From Deltaproteobacteria bacterium RBG_16_64_85 (lineage in GTDB: Bacteria; Desulfobacterota; Deferrimicrobia; Deferrimicrobiales; Deferrimicrobiaceae), in contig MGQW01000011.1 of NCBI GenBank assembly GCA_001798885.1, forward strand, positions 44,953 to 108,952: DNA of 64,000 nt, written 5' to 3'. Shown here in pieces: positions 17,034 through 26,153 of the stretch. The position numbers and the translations under genes are program-made. Below the pieces are notes generated by a model. That model made no database searches. It saw only the letters and a program-made list of their open reading frames with translations, and was not told the DNA's origin. Each line of letters opens with the position of its first letter. Positions within the stretch are counted from its first letter, which is position 1.

Positions 17034-18235
17034 TCGTATCTCAGCGCCTCGATGGGGTGCAGCGTGGCCGCTTTCCGCGCCGGGTAGACCCCGAAGAAGA
17101 TACCGACAAACACGGAGAAGGTAAAGGCCAGGACGACGGCCCATGGCGGGATCGCCACAGGGAGCTTGGGGACCAGGATCCGGATGACGCCCGCCCCCAG
17201 CGTCCCGACGAGCACGCCGAAAAACCCTCCCGCCGCGGACAGGGTGGTCGACTCCATCAGGAACTGGATGAGGATGTCGCGGTTCCGGGCTCCCACGGCC
17301 TTCCGGATCCCGATCTCGTTCGTCCGCTCCTTCACGGTCACCAGCATGATGTTCATGATGCCGATTCCGCCGACCAGGAGCGAGATGGCCGCGATCCCGC
17401 CGAGGACGTAGGTGAGCGTGTCCAGGATCGTGAACAGCGAGGAGAGGATGGCCGCCTGGTTGGTGATCGTGAAGTCCTCGTGACGGTTGTGGTTCTTGAA
17501 CAGGAGCGACCGGGCGAGCTCCTTCCCGGAGTCGATGTCGTTCTTGTTCCGCACGGAGATGAGGATCTCGACGAGGGCGTCGGTATCGAAGATGTCCATG
17601 GCCGACCGCACCGGGATGAAGACGATGTCGTCGATGTCGAATCCCAGGCTCACCCCCTTGCGTTCCATGATCCCCGTCACGCGGAACCGCGCCCCCGAGA
17701 TCTTGACCACCTCGCCCAGCGCGCTGGCGTTTCCGAACAGCTCGCGCTTGACGGTCCGGCCGAGCATGCAGACCCTCCGCTTCGCCTCCACGTCCGCGTC
17801 CGTGACGAAGCTCCCGACCTCGACGTGGATGTTGCGGACCGGGGAAAAATCGGGGGTTACTCCCAGGACGGTGACGTTGCGGGACCGGGACCCGAGGCGC
17901 ACCTCCGACGTGCCGAACACCACCGGAGCGACCCCGCCGAAGAGGTATCCCTTCTTCTCGAGGATTCTCGCGTCGTCCAGGGTCAGCTTGTGCCGCGCCG
18001 CCCCGATGATGGGCGGCCCTCCCTTGGTCTCGATCTTGCCGGGCGTGACGATCAGGATGTTGGCCCCCAGCCCCGCGAACTGCTCCTCCACGTAGTTCTT
18101 CGTCCCCTCGCCCAGCGAGACGAGGAGAATGACGGCGGCCACTCCGATGATCACTCCGAGCATCGTAAGGGCGGACCGGAGCCGGTTGGTGCGCAGCGCA
18201 TCGAGCGCAACGGAGAGGAATTCCCGGGGGGTCAT
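17030..18235 (-). CDS. ABC transporter permease, FtsX/MacB-LolCE family (4 TM with a large periplasmic domain)
   Basis: N-terminal TM helix, a ~200-aa periplasmic domain, then three C-terminal TM helices. FtsX family. Confidence 0.85.
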   Translation of the reverse strand: MTPREFLSVALDALRTNRLRSALTMLGVIIGVAAVILLVSLGEGTKNYVEEQFAGLGANILIVTPGKIETKGGPPIIGAARHKLTLDDARILEKKGYLFGGVAPVVFGTSEVRLGSRSRNVTVLGVTPDFSPVRNIHVEVGSFVTDADVEAKRRVCMLGRTVKRELFGNASALGEVVKISGARFRVTGIMERKGVSLGFDIDDIVFIPVRSAMDIFDTDALVEILISVRNKNDIDSGKELARSLLFKNHNRHEDFTITNQAAILSSLFTILDTLTYVLGGIAAISLLVGGIGIMNIMLVTVKERTNEIGIRKAVGARNRDILIQFLMESTTLSAAGGFFGVLVGTLGAGVIRILVPKLPVAIPPWAVVLAFTFSVFVGIFFGVYPARKAATLHPIEALRYE

Positions 18236-18948
18236 CCGCGCAGCTCCCGGTACTCCTCCGGCGTCACCAGACGGCCGTCGACGATGTAGACGATGCGCCT
18301 GGCGTTCCGGGCGATGGCGAGGTCGTGCGTGACCAGGACGATCGTCGCACCTTCGGCGTTGAGACGGGTGAGGATTCCCAGCAGCTCCTCGCCGGATTTC
18401 GAGTCCAGGTTCCCCGTCGGCTCGTCGGCCAGCAGAAGGGAGGGGCGGTTCACGAGCGCGCGGGCGATGGCGACCTTCTGCTTCTGGCCGCCGGAGAGCT
18501 GGTTGGAGAGGTGGTTCTTCCGGTCCTCGATCCCCACGGCCCGCAACGATTCGAGCGCCCGACGGGAGCGTTCCTCCCGCCCGACGCCGGCATAGAGCAG
18601 GGGGAGCTCCACGTTTTTCAGGGCGGTGTAGCGGGGTAGAAGGTGGAACACCTGGAAGATGAAGCCGATCTCCCGGTTCCGCATCTCCGCCAGGGATTCC
18701 TGAGACAGCCGGGTCACCGGAGTCCCCTTGATCTCGTAGGTCCCGGAAGTGGGGACGTCCAGGCAGCCCAGGAGGTTCATGAGGGTGGACTTGCCCGATC
18801 CCGACGGGCCCATCACGGCGAGGAAGTCGCCGGGGAAGATGTCGAGGTCGACCCCTTCGAGCCCGACGACGGGCTGCTCCCCGCCCTCGTAAATCTTGCC
18901 GACTCCCCTCAGGCGGAGGAGGGGCTCACTTCCGGCTGCGGATCCCAA
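18232..18948 (-). CDS. ABC transporter ATP-binding protein (MacB/LolD-type)
   Basis: Walker A 'GPSGSGKST', ABC signature 'LSGGQKQKVAIARAL', Walker B 'LLLADEPTGNLD'. Confidence 0.9.
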   Translation of the reverse strand: MGSAAGSEPLLRLRGVGKIYEGGEQPVVGLEGVDLDIFPGDFLAVMGPSGSGKSTLMNLLGCLDVPTSGTYEIKGTPVTRLSQESLAEMRNREIGFIFQVFHLLPRYTALKNVELPLLYAGVGREERSRRALESLRAVGIEDRKNHLSNQLSGGQKQKVAIARALVNRPSLLLADEPTGNLDSKSGEELLGILTRLNAEGATIVLVTHDLAIARNARRIVYIVDGRLVTPEEYRELRG

Positions 18949-20158
18949 CGCGGCTCCCGGGGGTGAGGTTCTTGATCTCCAGGGAAGTGATGATCGCTTC
19001 TCCCGGGGAGATCCCGACGAGGATCTCCGTCCAGTCCCAGTTGGAGATCCCCGTGGTCACGTCCCTGCGGACGGCCCTCCCGTCCGCGACGACAAGGACG
19101 AACTTCCGCCCCTCCCGCTCCATCACCGCCGCGGAGGGGGCGAGGAGGACGTTGTCCTTTCCGCCCGTCAGCACCTCGACGTCCGCCGACATCCCGAGGC
19201 GCAGCGGCTTGGGGGGCTCGATCGGAAGGATCCGGATCGTGTTGGCCCGGGAGACTTCCTTGGAGACCTCGACGACCGGCTTGATCTCGGAGACCTTCCC
19301 GGCGAACGTCTCCCCCAGGTAGGCGTCGGGGAACAGCTTCACCTTCTGGCCGACCTTGATCTTGGCCGACTCCGACTCGTCGATGGGCGCTTCGATGTAA
19401 AGGTCGCCGGGGTCGGCCAGGGCGAAGAGAGGGGCGCCGGGAATCTTCGTCTCCCCCACCTCTGCCGTCTTCCGGATAACGATGCCGGCGTAGGGAGCCG
19501 TGATCCGCAGCTTCGCCCGGCGGCCCTCAAGGGATGCGGCCTTGGCTCTTGCGGAGACCACCCGCGCCTTCAGGGACTCGATCTCCCGGTCGACCGCCCG
19601 GACAGCCGCTTCTCCGGCATCCGCGATCTTCGCCTCTTCCTCGGCGTTGGCGAGGCGGGTTTCCGCCTGCTCCATCTCCGCCTTGGAGAGGAACCCGCGG
19701 CGGAACAGCCCGGAGGCCCGCAGGTGGTCATCCCTCGCCTGGCGCAGGTTGGCCGCCGCGCGAGCGGACTCGGCCCGGTATCTCCGATCGGCTTCGTCCC
19801 GCTTCGCCTCCGACTGCCGGAGCCCTTCCTGAGCCGAGAGGACGTCGGCCCGGGCGGCGTCCACCTGCCGGTCCAGTTCCGGATCCGCCAGAACCGCCAG
19901 CAGGTCGCCCTTCCGAACCGGGGTCCCTTCGTCGGCCGAGATCCTGGCGATCCGGCCCCCCACCTCGGCCGAGAGCGTGGACTCCTGCCGGGACTTCACC
20001 GTGCCGGCGGAAACCGAGGTGACGATCTCGTCGATCGGGCCCTTCCTCGCCTCGAAAACGTCGACCGTGAGCACGGAGGCGCTCCGGTAGAGGGCGAACG
20101 CGGCTGCGGCAAGGACGAGGGCGATCCCCCCGAGAATCGCCTTGGTGCGCATCTTCAT
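18926..20158 (-). CDS. Efflux periplasmic adaptor protein (HlyD/MacA family membrane-fusion protein)
   Basis: N-terminal TM anchor, a long coiled-coil hairpin, lipoyl/beta-barrel domains, and 'APYAGIV' motif regions. Confidence 0.85.
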   Translation of the reverse strand: MKMRTKAILGGIALVLAAAAFALYRSASVLTVDVFEARKGPIDEIVTSVSAGTVKSRQESTLSAEVGGRIARISADEGTPVRKGDLLAVLADPELDRQVDAARADVLSAQEGLRQSEAKRDEADRRYRAESARAAANLRQARDDHLRASGLFRRGFLSKAEMEQAETRLANAEEEAKIADAGEAAVRAVDREIESLKARVVSARAKAASLEGRRAKLRITAPYAGIVIRKTAEVGETKIPGAPLFALADPGDLYIEAPIDESESAKIKVGQKVKLFPDAYLGETFAGKVSEIKPVVEVSKEVSRANTIRILPIEPPKPLRLGMSADVEVLTGGKDNVLLAPSAAVMEREGRKFVLVVADGRAVRRDVTTGISNWDWTEILVGISPGEAIITSLEIKNLTPGSRVGIRSRK

Positions 20159-21696
20159 CGGACGGCGATTCCTTCCCGGTCGAAAATCGTTCCCGCGGCC
20201 CTCCGCAGGCGGGTCTCCGCGGCGTAGGCGTCCGCCTGCGCGCGGATCTCGGCAAGGCGCGCCTCGGACAGGTCCTTCTGGAACCGGAGGACCTCGACCG
20301 TGGTGGATCTTCCCAGGTCAAGCATCTGTTCTTCCGCTTCCAGCTTCTTCGAAGCCGCTGCGACCGTGACGCGGGAAGCGGTGATCCTTTCCCGGGCCGA
20401 CTCGAGATCCCGCGCGGCTTTGCGTACCTCCGTCCGGATTTTGAGGAACAGCGCCTCCTCCAGGAGGCGCTGTTCCTCGAGGGCGGAACGGGCCTTCGCC
20501 CATTCCGCCTTCTCCCGGTCGAATCTCCAGGGAATCTCCGACTTCAGCCCCGCGAACCAGTTGTAGTACCGGCCGGAAAACAACTGGTCGATGCTGTCCC
20601 CGTAGTTCCCCGCGAACGCCGTCGAGGAGACGGGGAACAACGGGTTGAGGATGGGATTGGGAGACCCCGCCAGGCCGGAGAGTCCGGCGGAGACGGTGAG
20701 GTCCAGGGAGGGGAGCGTCCGGTTCCTGGCGACGGCCTCCTGGATCTCGGCCTGCCTCCTTCGCTCGGCCTGGGCGGCGACCTCCGGGCGTCGCCGGACC
20801 GCCTCCTCGAACGATTCGTCGGCTCCTGGAGGGGAGACGTCTCCCTGCGGCGGGACGGGGGTGAGCCGCTCCTCCCATTCGCGGTCGAGGCGCAAGCCCA
20901 GGAGGTACTTGAGATCGTCCTCCGAGCCCCGCGCCGCCGCTTCGGCGCGGATCAGTTCCTCCTTCCGCGCCGCCGCCGCCGCTTCGGCGGGGAGCCGGTC
21001 CATGGGAGCCGCCGCGCCGGCCTCGATCCGGGCGTCGGTCTGGGCCATCAAGCGGTCTGCCAGCTCCAGGGCCTCCCTTCGGACCTCCACTTCACGGCTG
21101 GCCGCGTAAAAGGAGAGGAACGCGGACCGCGCAGCGGCGACGATATCCATCGCCTTTGCCTTCCATTCCTCCGTCCTGGCCGCGGCACCGGCCCGGGCGA
21201 TCCGGAGCGGCCCTTCGGTGACCTGCCGGCCCCGGTTTTTCAGGAGCGGCTGCTGCGCCGAGAGGGTCAGCGCCGTGGTGTATTGCGGCGAGAGCAGGGC
21301 GATCGAGGTGCCGGTTTCCTGTCGCTGGTTCTCGAAGGCGAGCGTCAAGGCCGTGCCGGTGCGAAGCAGCTCCTCTGCCCCCAGGTCGAGCTTGTAGGCC
21401 CGCTGGTCGAGGGAGAGGCTCCCGTCGAGCGCCGAGCCGCTGGGGGTGATGGACCGGGAGGCGCCCAGGTCACCGGTGAACCTCGGAAGGAAGGCGGCTT
21501 CCTCGATCGGTACGCCGAAGGCCGCGATGTCCCGCTCGGTGCGGGAAACCGCGATGTCGATGTTGCCCCGGAGAGCGATCTCGACGCATTCCCGCATGGA
21601 GATTTCCCGCGGGGCGTCGTTATCCCTGGCCGGGAAGGCGGAGGAGGCAGGCACGAGGAGGGCCAGCAGGACGATGAGCGTAGAGGGCGTCTTCAT
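20155..21696 (-). CDS. TolC-family outer membrane efflux protein
   Basis: Signal peptide 'MKTPSTLIVLLALLVPASSAF' and two TolC repeats with coiled-coil segments. The start is taken at the internal Met, because the upstream part of the ORF has no signal peptide. Confidence 0.8.
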   Translation of the reverse strand: MKTPSTLIVLLALLVPASSAFPARDNDAPREISMRECVEIALRGNIDIAVSRTERDIAAFGVPIEEAAFLPRFTGDLGASRSITPSGSALDGSLSLDQRAYKLDLGAEELLRTGTALTLAFENQRQETGTSIALLSPQYTTALTLSAQQPLLKNRGRQVTEGPLRIARAGAAARTEEWKAKAMDIVAAARSAFLSFYAASREVEVRREALELADRLMAQTDARIEAGAAAPMDRLPAEAAAAARKEELIRAEAAARGSEDDLKYLLGLRLDREWEERLTPVPPQGDVSPPGADESFEEAVRRRPEVAAQAERRRQAEIQEAVARNRTLPSLDLTVSAGLSGLAGSPNPILNPLFPVSSTAFAGNYGDSIDQLFSGRYYNWFAGLKSEIPWRFDREKAEWAKARSALEEQRLLEEALFLKIRTEVRKAARDLESARERITASRVTVAAASKKLEAEEQMLDLGRSTTVEVLRFQKDLSEARLAEIRAQADAYAAETRLRRAAGTIFDREGIAVR

Positions 21697-21782
21697 CGGT
21701 GTCCTTTGGGCGGCAGCCGGGAGATAGTTTATCACGTCCGCCGGAGGGATATGGGTGCAAGGAACCGGCTGTCCTTTAGGGC

Positions 21783-21811
21783 CTGATCCGCCTTGACGCG
21801 GAGCCCCGAAA
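21783..21811 (+). promoter_or_regulatory. Candidate sigma70 promoter for fba (TTGACG-17 bp-AATAAT)
   Basis: -35 TTGACG at 21783-21788, a 17-bp spacer, and -10 AATAAT at 21806-21811, about 40 nt upstream of the fba ATG with a GGAGG RBS. Confidence 0.35.
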
Positions 21812-21850
21812 TTCCAATAATGATGGGGCAATCTCCCTGGAGGTCGTTGA

Positions 21851-22939
21851 ATGAACTGGACGGCGTTGAAGAAGTTCGTGCCGCCGAACGCCGCGGCCAA
21901 GGTTCCACGGGACCATCCTGCCTGTCCGCTCAACGGGCGCGACGTCTTCAAGGCCCTTTCCCCGCACAAGGGGATCGTGATGGCGTGCAACATCCGCATC
22001 CCCTCGGTCATCCCGGGAATCATGAGGGCCGCCGACGAGCTGGGCGCGGTCGTGGCGTTCGAGCTTGCGAAGACGGAAGGAAACGTGGACGGGGGCTACA
22101 CGGGGATGAACCCGGAGACCTTCGTCCACACGATCCTCTCCCATGCGGAGAGGGTGAACTTCTCCGTTCCGTTCGTCATCCACGGAGACCATATCACCGT
22201 CAAGAACACCTCCGCCAAGGAGATCGACGAGGCCCGCGCCCTGATCGCGGCAGAGCTTTCCGCCGGGTACACCTCCTTCGCGATCGACGCCTCCTTCAAC
22301 CCGATCCCGGAGAATGCCCGGATCACCGCCTTGCTCTCCGCCCCGATCCGGGAGCGGAAGCTGGGGCTGGAGGTCGAAGTGGGGGAGATCAAATCCGCGG
22401 GGAGCGAGTCCACGCTGTCCACCGTGGAAGAGGCCGTCGAACTGATGGAGCGGCTCTCCGCCGCAGGGGTCGCAGCCGATCTTCTCGCCATCAACAACGG
22501 CTCCAAGCACGGCAACTACCTGGAGGGGGAGAAGATCTTCATCGACCTCGAGCGGACGGGGCAGATCCACGCGGCGGTCCACGCCCGGTTCGGTGTCGAT
22601 ATCGCGCAGCACGGGATCACCGGCACGCCGCTCCACCTGATCGGCCGGTTCGCCGACTACGGCATCCGCAAGGGGAATGTCGGCACGCAGTGGCAGAACA
22701 TTGCCCACGAGGGGCTGCCCACCGCGCTGATGCAGAAGATGCGCGACTGGGCAAAGGGCGTCGGCAAGGACATCAAGTTCGCGACGAAGCCGTTCAAGCA
22801 GGAGATCGACGCGATCCCGGCCGAGTACGCGGAGAAGATCGAGAAGGCGGCCTACCGGGAAGCCCTCCAGCTCTTCCGGGCGTTTCGCGCCGAGGGGACC
22901 GCAAAGATCGTCGCCGATTCCCTCGCCGTCAAGGTCTAA
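21851..22939 (+). CDS. fba: Class II fructose-bisphosphate aldolase family protein
   Basis: 362 aa. Metal-binding His motifs 'HGDHI', 'NNGSKHGNY', and 'GTPLHLIG' are typical of class II FBA/ketose-bisphosphate aldolases. Confidence 0.78.
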   Translation: MNWTALKKFVPPNAAAKVPRDHPACPLNGRDVFKALSPHKGIVMACNIRIPSVIPGIMRAADELGAVVAFELAKTEGNVDGGYTGMNPETFVHTILSHAERVNFSVPFVIHGDHITVKNTSAKEIDEARALIAAELSAGYTSFAIDASFNPIPENARITALLSAPIRERKLGLEVEVGEIKSAGSESTLSTVEEAVELMERLSAAGVAADLLAINNGSKHGNYLEGEKIFIDLERTGQIHAAVHARFGVDIAQHGITGTPLHLIGRFADYGIRKGNVGTQWQNIAHEGLPTALMQKMRDWAKGVGKDIKFATKPFKQEIDAIPAEYAEKIEKAAYREALQLFRAFRAEGTAKIVADSLAVKV

Positions 22940-22947
22940 GAGAACGT

Positions 22948-23499
22948 TTGCGGATCGTCGCGGGGAAATGGCGGGGGAGGACCCTGCGAGCCCCGAGAGG
23001 CTTGGCTGTTCGGCCTACGTCGGACCGGGTGAGGGAAGCGATCTTCGACATCCTCGGGGAACGGGTGTACGGCATGGCCGTCCTCGACCTTTTCGCCGGA
23101 AGCGGGGCCCTGGGCCTGGAGGCGCTCTCCCGGGGGGCGTCACAGGCGGTATTCGTCGAACCCGATCCGACCGCATTCGGCTTTTTACGGAAGAACATCG
23201 AATCGCTGGGGGCCGGGCAAGCGGAAGGCCATCTCCTGGATTACCGGCAGGCGTTGCGCCACCTGCGGGCACGATCGATGCGGTTCGGCCTCGTGTTTCT
23301 CGACCCCCCGTACGGGAAGGGGCTGGCGGCGGATTCCGCGGCGGGACTTTCCCGGGCGGGCCTTCTCCAGCCGGAGGGCACGGTCGTGGTGGAGGAAGCG
23401 TTTCGGGCGCCCGAGGCTGCATTTCCGGAGGAGTGGGAGCTCTCCGTAGACCGGCGGTACGGCGGCACGAGGGTGAGAATGTTCAGGGTTTCCTCCTGA
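22948..23499 (+). CDS. rsmD: 16S rRNA (guanine966-N2)-methyltransferase RsmD
   Basis: 'VLDLFAGSGALGLEALSRGA' SAM motif and 'DPPY' motif. TTG start assumed. Confidence 0.75.
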   Translation: MRIVAGKWRGRTLRAPRGLAVRPTSDRVREAIFDILGERVYGMAVLDLFAGSGALGLEALSRGASQAVFVEPDPTAFGFLRKNIESLGAGQAEGHLLDYRQALRHLRARSMRFGLVFLDPPYGKGLAADSAAGLSRAGLLQPEGTVVVEEAFRAPEAAFPEEWELSVDRRYGGTRVRMFRVSS

Positions 23500-23533
23500 A
23501 CGCGAATGCGATGATTTCGAAGAGGGAGACAAG

Positions 23534-24022
23534 ATGAGGACGATCGCGGTGTACCCAGGCTCGTTCGATCCCCCGACCTTCGGGCACCTCGACATCATTG
23601 AACGGTCGTCGCGGGTGTTCTCGCAGGTGATCGTCGCGGTGGCCAGCAACCTCCGGAAGAACGTCATGTTCACCCCGGCGGAGCGGGGGGCCATGCTGCG
23701 CAAGCTCACGCGGCCCTATTCCAACGTGAAGGTCGACTCCTTCCGCGGGCTCCTGGTCGATTACGCCCGGGACAAGGGGGCCCACGTGCTGGTCCGGGGC
23801 CTGCGGGCCATTTCGGATTTCGAATACGAGTTCCAGATGGCGCACATGAACAAGAAGCTGGCGCCCGAGATGGACACGGTCTTCATGATGACGGGGGAGC
23901 GGTACTCCTACATCAGCTCCAACATCGCCAAGGAGATCGCCGCCTTTGGTGGAAAGATCGACGACCTGGTCCCCGCGCTGGTCCGGGAGAAGGTCCTTTG
24001 GAAAATCAGGAAGAGCAGGTAG
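23534..24022 (+). CDS. coaD: Phosphopantetheine adenylyltransferase
   Basis: 'AVYPGSFDPPTFGHLDII' (T/HxGH nucleotidyltransferase motif). 162 aa. Confidence 0.92.
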   Translation: MRTIAVYPGSFDPPTFGHLDIIERSSRVFSQVIVAVASNLRKNVMFTPAERGAMLRKLTRPYSNVKVDSFRGLLVDYARDKGAHVLVRGLRAISDFEYEFQMAHMNKKLAPEMDTVFMMTGERYSYISSNIAKEIAAFGGKIDDLVPALVREKVLWKIRKSR

Positions 24023-24055
24023 CCAACGATCCGCATCCGTGGAAAGGAGCGAAGC

Positions 24056-25255
24056 ATGATGAAGCTTGCAGGCAGGGTGGGGAAAATCAAGCCTTCACCG
24101 ACGCTGGCGATCACGAGCAAGGCGAAGGCGATGAAGGCGCAAGGGGTCGACGTGGTCGGCTTCGGAGCGGGGGAGCCGGACTTCGACACTCCCGATCACA
24201 TCAAGGAGGCCGCGAAGAAAGCTTTGGATGAGGGATACACGAAATACACCCCCGTCCCCGGTTCGCCGGAGCTCAAGGACGCGGTCATCGCCAAGCTCAA
24301 GCGCGACAACGGCCTCGAGTACGGGCGGGAGAACATCATCGTGTCGCTGGGCGCCAAGCATTCCATCTACAACGTTGCACAGGCGTTCTTCGAGAGGGGC
24401 GACGAGGTCATCATCCCGGCCCCGTACTGGGTCTCCTACCCGGACATCGTCCTGCTGGCCGGCGGGACGCCCGTGATCGTCGAAACGACGCAGAAGAACG
24501 GGTTCAAGATGACCGCCGCGCAGCTCAACAAGTCGATCACCTCCAAGACGAAGTGCGTGGTGCTGAACAGCCCCTCCAACCCCACGGGATCGGCCTATAC
24601 CCGGCCTGAACTCAAGAAGCTGGCGGACGTGATCGTCCGGCGGGATATCACCGTCCTCTCCGACGAGATCTACGAGAAGATCGTCTACGACGGGTTCGAG
24701 TTCTCGAGCATCGCCTCGTTCGGCCCGGAGATCAAGAAGCGGACGATCCTGGTGAACGGGCTGTCCAAGGCGTTCTCGATGACCGGCTGGCGGATCGGCT
24801 ACGTCGCTGCGGACAAGGACCTCGTGGCGGCGATGAACAACATCCAGAGCCAGAGCACGTCCAATCCCGTCTCCTTCTGCGACAAGGCGGCCATCACGGC
24901 GCTCAACGGGCCGCAGGACTTCATGAAGACGTGGGTGGAGGAGTTCGACAAGCGGCGCCGCTACATGGTCGACCGGCTGAACAGCATCCCGGGCGTGTCC
25001 TGCCTCCTGCCGCAGGGGGCGTTCTACGTCTTCCCGAACTTCTCGAAGCTGTACAGGAAGAAGACTCCCTCGGGGAAGAAGATCGGCAACTCGACCGAGC
25101 TGGCGGCGTACCTGCTGGAGGAGCACAAGGTCGCTGCGGTGCCGGGAGTGGCGTTCGGCGCGGACGCCTGCCAGCGACTGTCGTACGCGATGTCGATGGC
25201 GAACATCGTCAAGGGGATCGACCGGATCGAGGCCGCCGTCCAGGCGCTCCGGTAG
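24056..25255 (+). CDS. aspC: Aspartate/aromatic aminotransferase (class I PLP-dependent)
   Basis: 399 aa with the class-I aminotransferase fold and the PLP-lysine region 'NGLSKAFSMTGWRIGY'. Confidence 0.85.
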   Translation: MMKLAGRVGKIKPSPTLAITSKAKAMKAQGVDVVGFGAGEPDFDTPDHIKEAAKKALDEGYTKYTPVPGSPELKDAVIAKLKRDNGLEYGRENIIVSLGAKHSIYNVAQAFFERGDEVIIPAPYWVSYPDIVLLAGGTPVIVETTQKNGFKMTAAQLNKSITSKTKCVVLNSPSNPTGSAYTRPELKKLADVIVRRDITVLSDEIYEKIVYDGFEFSSIASFGPEIKKRTILVNGLSKAFSMTGWRIGYVAADKDLVAAMNNIQSQSTSNPVSFCDKAAITALNGPQDFMKTWVEEFDKRRRYMVDRLNSIPGVSCLLPQGAFYVFPNFSKLYRKKTPSGKKIGNSTELAAYLLEEHKVAAVPGVAFGADACQRLSYAMSMANIVKGIDRIEAAVQALR

Positions 25256-25705
25256 CCTGCATCGGGGAGGCGTCGCCGCCGCGATGCCCCCCCGGCCGCG
25301 TTACTCGTAACGGAAGGCGCTGCGCCTCCTCCTTCGGCGGCTCCGCCGGACCCTCCTATGACATGCGCCTTTCGTTAGGTGCGCGTACCGCCGCGGGTGC
25401 AAGTTTCCTTCCCTGCTGTGGCAGCGAAGCAGGTAACGCTTGCATCGGAGCAAGCGACCATGGATCCGCGGCCGCCGCAGGAGTCCCCCTCGCGAGGAGA
25501 CGCAGGCGGAATCGGCGAAAGGCCCCGCGTCCCTGGCAACCGAAAAGCCTGGCGTACTGAATCGGGTGACCGAAGGCCGGGGAAAGGACCTTGGGGCACG
25601 CTTGCTGGACGAAGCCGGGGAGACAAGGCGGAACGCGACGGGGGAGCTCCGGAGGCGTAGCCGCGGAGCTCCCATAGCTTGCCCTACGAAAAAAGGCCTG
25701 CGGCT
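25256..25705. other. 450-nt GC-rich, highly structured non-coding region between convergent aspC and nudix genes (candidate sRNA and/or bidirectional terminators)
   Basis: No ORF with credible codon bias. Several perfect hairpins, e.g. CGUUAC-UC-GUAACG and a 10-bp stem GGGAGCUCCG…CGGAGCUCCC. Confidence 0.3.
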
Positions 25706-26119
25706 TTACAGCGGACGCTCGCCGGTCCTCTTGAAACGGAAGTAGTCGGCGAGGATCTGCGCGTGGTCGAAGGCGAGCGGCGTCGGGAGGTCGTGCTCCG
25801 GGAAGAGCCGCGCCTCCACGGCGTCGTCGGCCCCTGAAGGCGTTCCTTCCGCTTTCCCCATGTAAACCGTTGAAATCGTGTGCCTGCGGGAGTCGCGGGC
25901 GGGGTCGGAATAGACGCCGAGCAGCCCCGTCAGGGTTACCCGCAGGCCTGTCTCCTCCAACGCTTCGCGGACGGCCGCGTCCTGCGCCCTCTCCCCCGCG
26001 TCGATGAACCCGCCCGGGATGGCCCACCCCGGCGGGGGGTGCTTGCGCCGGATCAGCACGATCCGGTCTTCCACTTCGATGATCACGTCGACGGTGGGGA
26101 CGGGTGGCGCCGGTTTCAT
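25706..26119 (-). CDS. NUDIX hydrolase
   Basis: Nudix box '[24 protein letters not shown]'. 137 aa. Confidence 0.82.
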   Translation of the reverse strand: MKPAPPVPTVDVIIEVEDRIVLIRRKHPPPGWAIPGGFIDAGERAQDAAVREALEETGLRVTLTGLLGVYSDPARDSRRHTISTVYMGKAEGTPSGADDAVEARLFPEHDLPTPLAFDHAQILADYFRFKRTGERPL

Positions 26120-26137
26120 GCGGGATCTCCCTATTTA

Positions 26138-26148
26138 TGCTATAAAAT
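26138..26148 (+). promoter_or_regulatory. Extended -10 element (TGCTATAAAAT) placed to give a leaderless lysE-family transcript
   Basis: TGn-TATAAA is followed 7 nt later by the ATG at 26154, in a locally AT-rich stretch unusual for this genome. Confidence 0.35.
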
Positions 26149-26153
26149 TGTAT

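Noticed and set aside
25256-25705. RNase P RNA (rnpB), SRP RNA, or tmRNA in the 450-nt aspC-nudix spacer
   Set aside because: No GGAAAGUCC (P4) / ACAGAAnCCGGCUUA pair on either strand, no tmRNA 5'/3' ends, and only an 8-mer (GGAAGGAA) resemblance to SRP domain IV. This is insufficient, so it is kept only as a generic structured-RNA candidate.
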